Assembly: GCA_963753345.1 (NCBI GenBank)
Contig: CAVWBU010000019.1
Coordinates: 64,001-128,000, forward strand
DNA: 64,000 nt
Origin: an uncultured Fibrobacterota bacterium
GTDB taxonomy: Bacteria; Fibrobacterota; Chitinivibrionia; Chitinivibrionales; FEN-1185
Reading direction: 5' to 3'
Each line of letters begins with the position of its first letter. Position 1 is the stretch's first letter. The notes under the pieces are model-generated. The model saw only the letters and a list, made by a program, of their open reading frames with translations. It ran no database searches and had not been told where the DNA came from. Position numbers and translations under genes: made by a program. This document shows positions 60,690 through 64,000 of this stretch, piece after piece.

Positions 60690-61670
60690 AGGTGTTGAAC
60701 CGCGTTTTTCCCGTTGCCCTCCTGCTCCTCGCGACCGCCGCATCGGCAGGCCCGCTTGCCGGATTCCCTTCCGGTACAGGGGCATTTTTCCCAGAACGGC
60801 CAGCCCGTGTCCCGATTCAAGGTCGAGCGGTTTCTCCTCGCACATGATTCCAGCGCCGACTTGCCGACCGTTCGCTGGGGTACAAATGGAGCGGCCATGC
60901 CGTGGGCGCGCTGCTGTGGTGCGTCGACATAGGCATTGCGGCGTACGAGATCAAGGGAATCTATGACGCCATAAAGAACGAAAGCATTCTCGACACCAAC
61001 GGGATACGGCAGCCGTACTCCAACAGTCTTTACAAATTCACCATACCGCTCACCATAGGGACCGAGGTTGCGTCGTTCATCCAGGAGCGGTTGTACGTCC
61101 GCTCGGACTATCTTCTTCACAAGGCGGCGCTTGCGTTCAACGAGTCTGTTGCAAGAAAAGCTTCGCCGGGCTCGTTGTTTGACCTTCGTATTGACAAATC
61201 GGGATTCGGCTCGTACCGGCAGGGCGGCCTCACGTTCGGCGATCCGGTGCTCGACGGCATTCTCCTGGGAGCAGCCGGCATCAGCGGCGCGCGCCGCCTG
61301 GTCGTGGGTGCTCAAGGAAACCGGCATCCAGGTCGGCTCTTGGGGCGGGATGTATGTCGGACTTGCCCTGTTTTCGTACCTTGAGGAAATGCAGGGCGAC
61401 ACGACCCTTGCCATCGACAAAAGGGCGCGGGCTGCGAACCTGACCATCGGCGTGAGCCTCATTGCGGGCAGCATTGTCTGCGCGATTGTTTCGTCGGTGA
61501 TAAGAAACAAGGGGATCGAGAAGTACAACGAGGCGATGGCAATGCGGCCCGCGGCCGCGGTGCAGTCGTCGCCGCCGCAGAAGGCAGTGCCTCTACCGGA
61601 TTCTTCCGGATCAGGCATTTCGGAGTTGCCGAAGAAGACGTTGACCGATACCGCTTCGTCAGGAAAATAG
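60686..61670 (+). pseudogene. secreted/membrane hypothetical protein broken by several indels
   Basis: Signal-peptide ATG overlaps the previous stop; coding-like pieces 60714-60932, 60902-61384 and 61068-61670 lie in different frames. Confidence 0.5.
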
Positions 61671-61702
61671 ATGACGAAGTGCGTTCACCTGCAGGTTGCT
61701 TC

Positions 61703-62860
61703 CTAGCCGCTTGCGCCGTGCTCCAGGTCTGCAATAATATCCTCCATAGCCTCCAGTCCCACCGAAAGCCTCAGCAGCAGGTCGGTAATCCCGAGTTCCG
61801 CGCGCACCTGCGCAGGCATTGCGGCATGCGACATGCGCGCCGGATAGGAGAGGATGCTCTCCACGCCGCCCAGGCTCACGGCGACCGATAGCATGCGCAC
61901 CGAGGAAAGGAGCCGGTTCAGGCGCTCCTGCGAATCGAGGGTGAAGGAGACAACGCAGCCGAAACCGGAGGCTTGACGCATAAGAACGTCGCGTCCCGGA
62001 TGGCCCGCAAGTCCCGGGTAGAAGACGCGGGTGACCCACGGCTGCCGTTCGAGCCATTCTGCCACCTTGACCGCCGTTTCCTGCTGGCATTTCATCCGCG
62101 GCGCAAGGGTTTTGATGCCGCGCAGCAGCAGCCATGAGTTTTCCGGGCTCAGCACGGCGCCGCAGGTGTTCTGGACAAATCGGACCGCCGGTGCGTGCTC
62201 GCCGGTTCGCGTAACCACTGCGCCGGCGATGAGATCGCTGTGCCCCCCAAGGAATTTTGTCCCGCTGTGGATGCTGATGTCCATACCGTGTTCGAAGGGC
62301 CTCAGAAAGTACGGGGAGAGAAAGGTGTTGTCGATCATGGTTATGATGCCGCGCTCTTTTGCTATTTTGGCGTGGGCCGCGAGGTCGGTGATCTTGAGCA
62401 GGGGGTTGGACGGACTTTCCAGAAACAGCACGCGGGTGCCGGGCCGTATCGCTGCAACAGTGTTCTTGGGATCGGTTGTGTCGGCAAAGGTGCAGGTCAC
62501 GCCGAATTTCGGCAGAAATTCGCTCAGGAAGCGGTAGCTCCCGCCGTAGAGGTCGCGCGTTGCGACGACATGATCGCCAGCCTTGACAAATGCGGTAACC
62601 GCCGCATGGATGGCCGCCATGCCCGAGGCGAACGCGAAGCCCGCGGCGCCGCCTTCGAGCGCCGCCAGGGTCTGTTCCAGCGCCTTGCGCGTGGGGTTGC
62701 CCGAGCGTCCGTAGTCGAACTCCTGCCGCTTCGAGACGTCTTTCTGGCGGTACGTTGACGCAGGGTAAATCGGCATGCTCAGCGCGCCTGTGGCCTCGTC
62801 GAAGGCGCCTGCGGCGTGCAAAATGGACGAGTCGTAGTGCAGCAATTCTTCATTGTTCAT
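61703..62860 (-). CDS. cystathionine gamma-synthase / beta-lyase family PLP enzyme
   Basis: YGRSGNPT, FASGMAA, ESPSNP, HSGTKFLGGHSD, SLGGVES. Confidence 0.92.
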   Translation of the reverse strand: MNNEELLHYDSSILHAAGAFDEATGALSMPIYPASTYRQKDVSKRQEFDYGRSGNPTRKALEQTLAALEGGAAGFAFASGMAAIHAAVTAFVKAGDHVVATRDLYGGSYRFLSEFLPKFGVTCTFADTTDPKNTVAAIRPGTRVLFLESPSNPLLKITDLAAHAKIAKERGIITMIDNTFLSPYFLRPFEHGMDISIHSGTKFLGGHSDLIAGAVVTRTGEHAPAVRFVQNTCGAVLSPENSWLLLRGIKTLAPRMKCQQETAVKVAEWLERQPWVTRVFYPGLAGHPGRDVLMRQASGFGCVVSFTLDSQERLNRLLSSVRMLSVAVSLGGVESILSYPARMSHAAMPAQVRAELGITDLLLRLSVGLEAMEDIIADLEHGASG

Positions 62861-62917
62861 GGGGTCACTCCGATTGTGATATTTGTCAACAGGCGGGATG
62901 TTTTTTCCCTATACAAT

Positions 62918-63220
62918 CTACGGCACCAGTCCGGCAAGTCCCCGTGACGCGGTATAGGCCGTGCCGATTCCGCTCAGGTGAATCGCGACTCGAATTGCCT
63001 CAACGATTTCCTGCTTTGTTGCGCCTGCCGCCAGCGCCGCGCCCGCAAGAGCCGTGACTCCCTGGTCTGCTCCGTGCGCGGCATCGAATGCCATGGCAAT
63101 GATGAGCTTGATCTTCCTCGGCAATGCGCCGTCGGCATACACAAAAGCGTCGGACAGCTTCAGATGATTCTGCAGGTCTGGATCGAGTTTGAAAAGCGGA
63201 GCGAGGGGATGGTCGGCCAT
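62918..63220 (-). CDS. carboxymuconolactone decarboxylase family protein (no CxxC)
   Basis: GALPRKIKLIIAMA...GATKQEIVEAI. Confidence 0.8.
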   Translation of the reverse strand: MADHPLAPLFKLDPDLQNHLKLSDAFVYADGALPRKIKLIIAMAFDAAHGADQGVTALAGAALAAGATKQEIVEAIRVAIHLSGIGTAYTASRGLAGLVP

Positions 63221-63401
63221 GGAATTGCTCCTGAGGAATAAAGGACTGAGTATATTTACTGTACCCTCGTCGAGGTTTATACAAAATACATTGTTATTTC
63301 ATGCCGAGGCTTTTCTCCGGGCCACTGCATGCTGTGGTGCAGCATCGCGGAGGCGCTGTGGCGGCCTCTGCGGTCGTTGCTTTTCAAAAAGAGGATTTTT
63401 C

Positions 63402-64000
63402 TTGGCTCAGAATCCGATATTTCATCGGCTCGAGCTCATCACCGGTTCGGACGGGCTCAAGGCACTTGCAAAGACAAGGGTGATTGTGTTCGGCATCGGC
63501 GGGGTGGGGAGCTGGGCCGCGGAAGCACTGGTCCGGTCCGGGGTGGGCGCGATAATGCTGGTCGACCCGGACGTCGTAGGCCGCACCAACATCAACCGCC
63601 AGCTGCAGGCCACCACGGCGAGCGTGGGAAGACCCAAGGTCCTTGAGCTTGCCGAGCGGATGCGGCTCATCAACCCGTCTGCGACCATCATTCCTTTACA
63701 GAAGACATTTACGAGGACAACCGGGGGCGAGTTTGATCTGGGGAGCTTCGGCTACGTCATCGACGCCATCGACAGCCTCAGCAACAAGGTGGACCTCATC
63801 ATTGCCTCATGCAAAGCAGGCGCCAGAGTGTTCTCGGCGCTGGGCGCGTCCAACAAGCTCGATCCGCTTCAGATCCGCGTGGACTCGCTGTGGAACTCGC
63901 AAGGCTGTCCGCTGGGCAGGTACATCCGCAAGCTCCTCAGGAGAAAAGGGTTTGCCGGTGACGTCACCTGCGTTTACAGTGAAGAAAACCTTCCCCTGCA
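63402..64000 (+). CDS. tcdA: tRNA threonylcarbamoyladenosine dehydratase (ThiF family), runs off the window
   Basis: Manual translation from TTG 63402 after GAGG: VFGIGGVGSWAAEALVRSGVG, TNINRQL, VIDAIDS, GASNKLDP, CPL. Confidence 0.88.
   Translation, partial: MAQNPIFHRLELITGSDGLKALAKTRVIVFGIGGVGSWAAEALVRSGVGAIMLVDPDVVGRTNINRQLQATTASVGRPKVLELAERMRLINPSATIIPLQKTFTRTTGGEFDLGSFGYVIDAIDSLSNKVDLIIASCKAGARVFSALGASNKLDPLQIRVDSLWNSQGCPLGRYIRKLLRRKGFAGDVTCVYSEENLPL

Overview
Bacterial chromosomal window of moderately high GC, probably from an anaerobe. Several secreted proteins with T9SS/FlgD-like C-terminal domains tentatively suggest Fibrobacterota/Chitinivibrionia or another FCB lineage (inference only). 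From left to right it holds: a partial TonB_C-TonB-dependent receptor fusion; an orphan higA; a group 3b [NiFe] sulfhydrogenase operon with hypA/B/F; and a putative defence region. That region has an Mrr-like nuclease-SF2 helicase ending in seven 71-aa tandem repeats, a small protein plus aspartic protease/SEC-C pair, ettA, a CapRel-like fused toxSAS and mazEF. Next come housekeeping genes (mscL, CHASE2 cyclase, thyX, ahcY, pfk) and secreted beta-propeller/LamG proteins. A ~10-kb arsenic/organoarsenical cluster follows, with two ArsR promoter/operators, ending in the mercury-methylation genes hgcA-hgcB directly behind acr3. Cysteine/methionine genes and a partial tcdA close the window. Intergenic DNA carries several families of structured palindromic repeats, one with clear compensatory base changes. 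At least seven genes are broken by single-base indels that most likely are long-read consensus errors. All product calls come from motif recognition by eye; no database search was run. No rRNA, tRNA or CRISPR array was seen.
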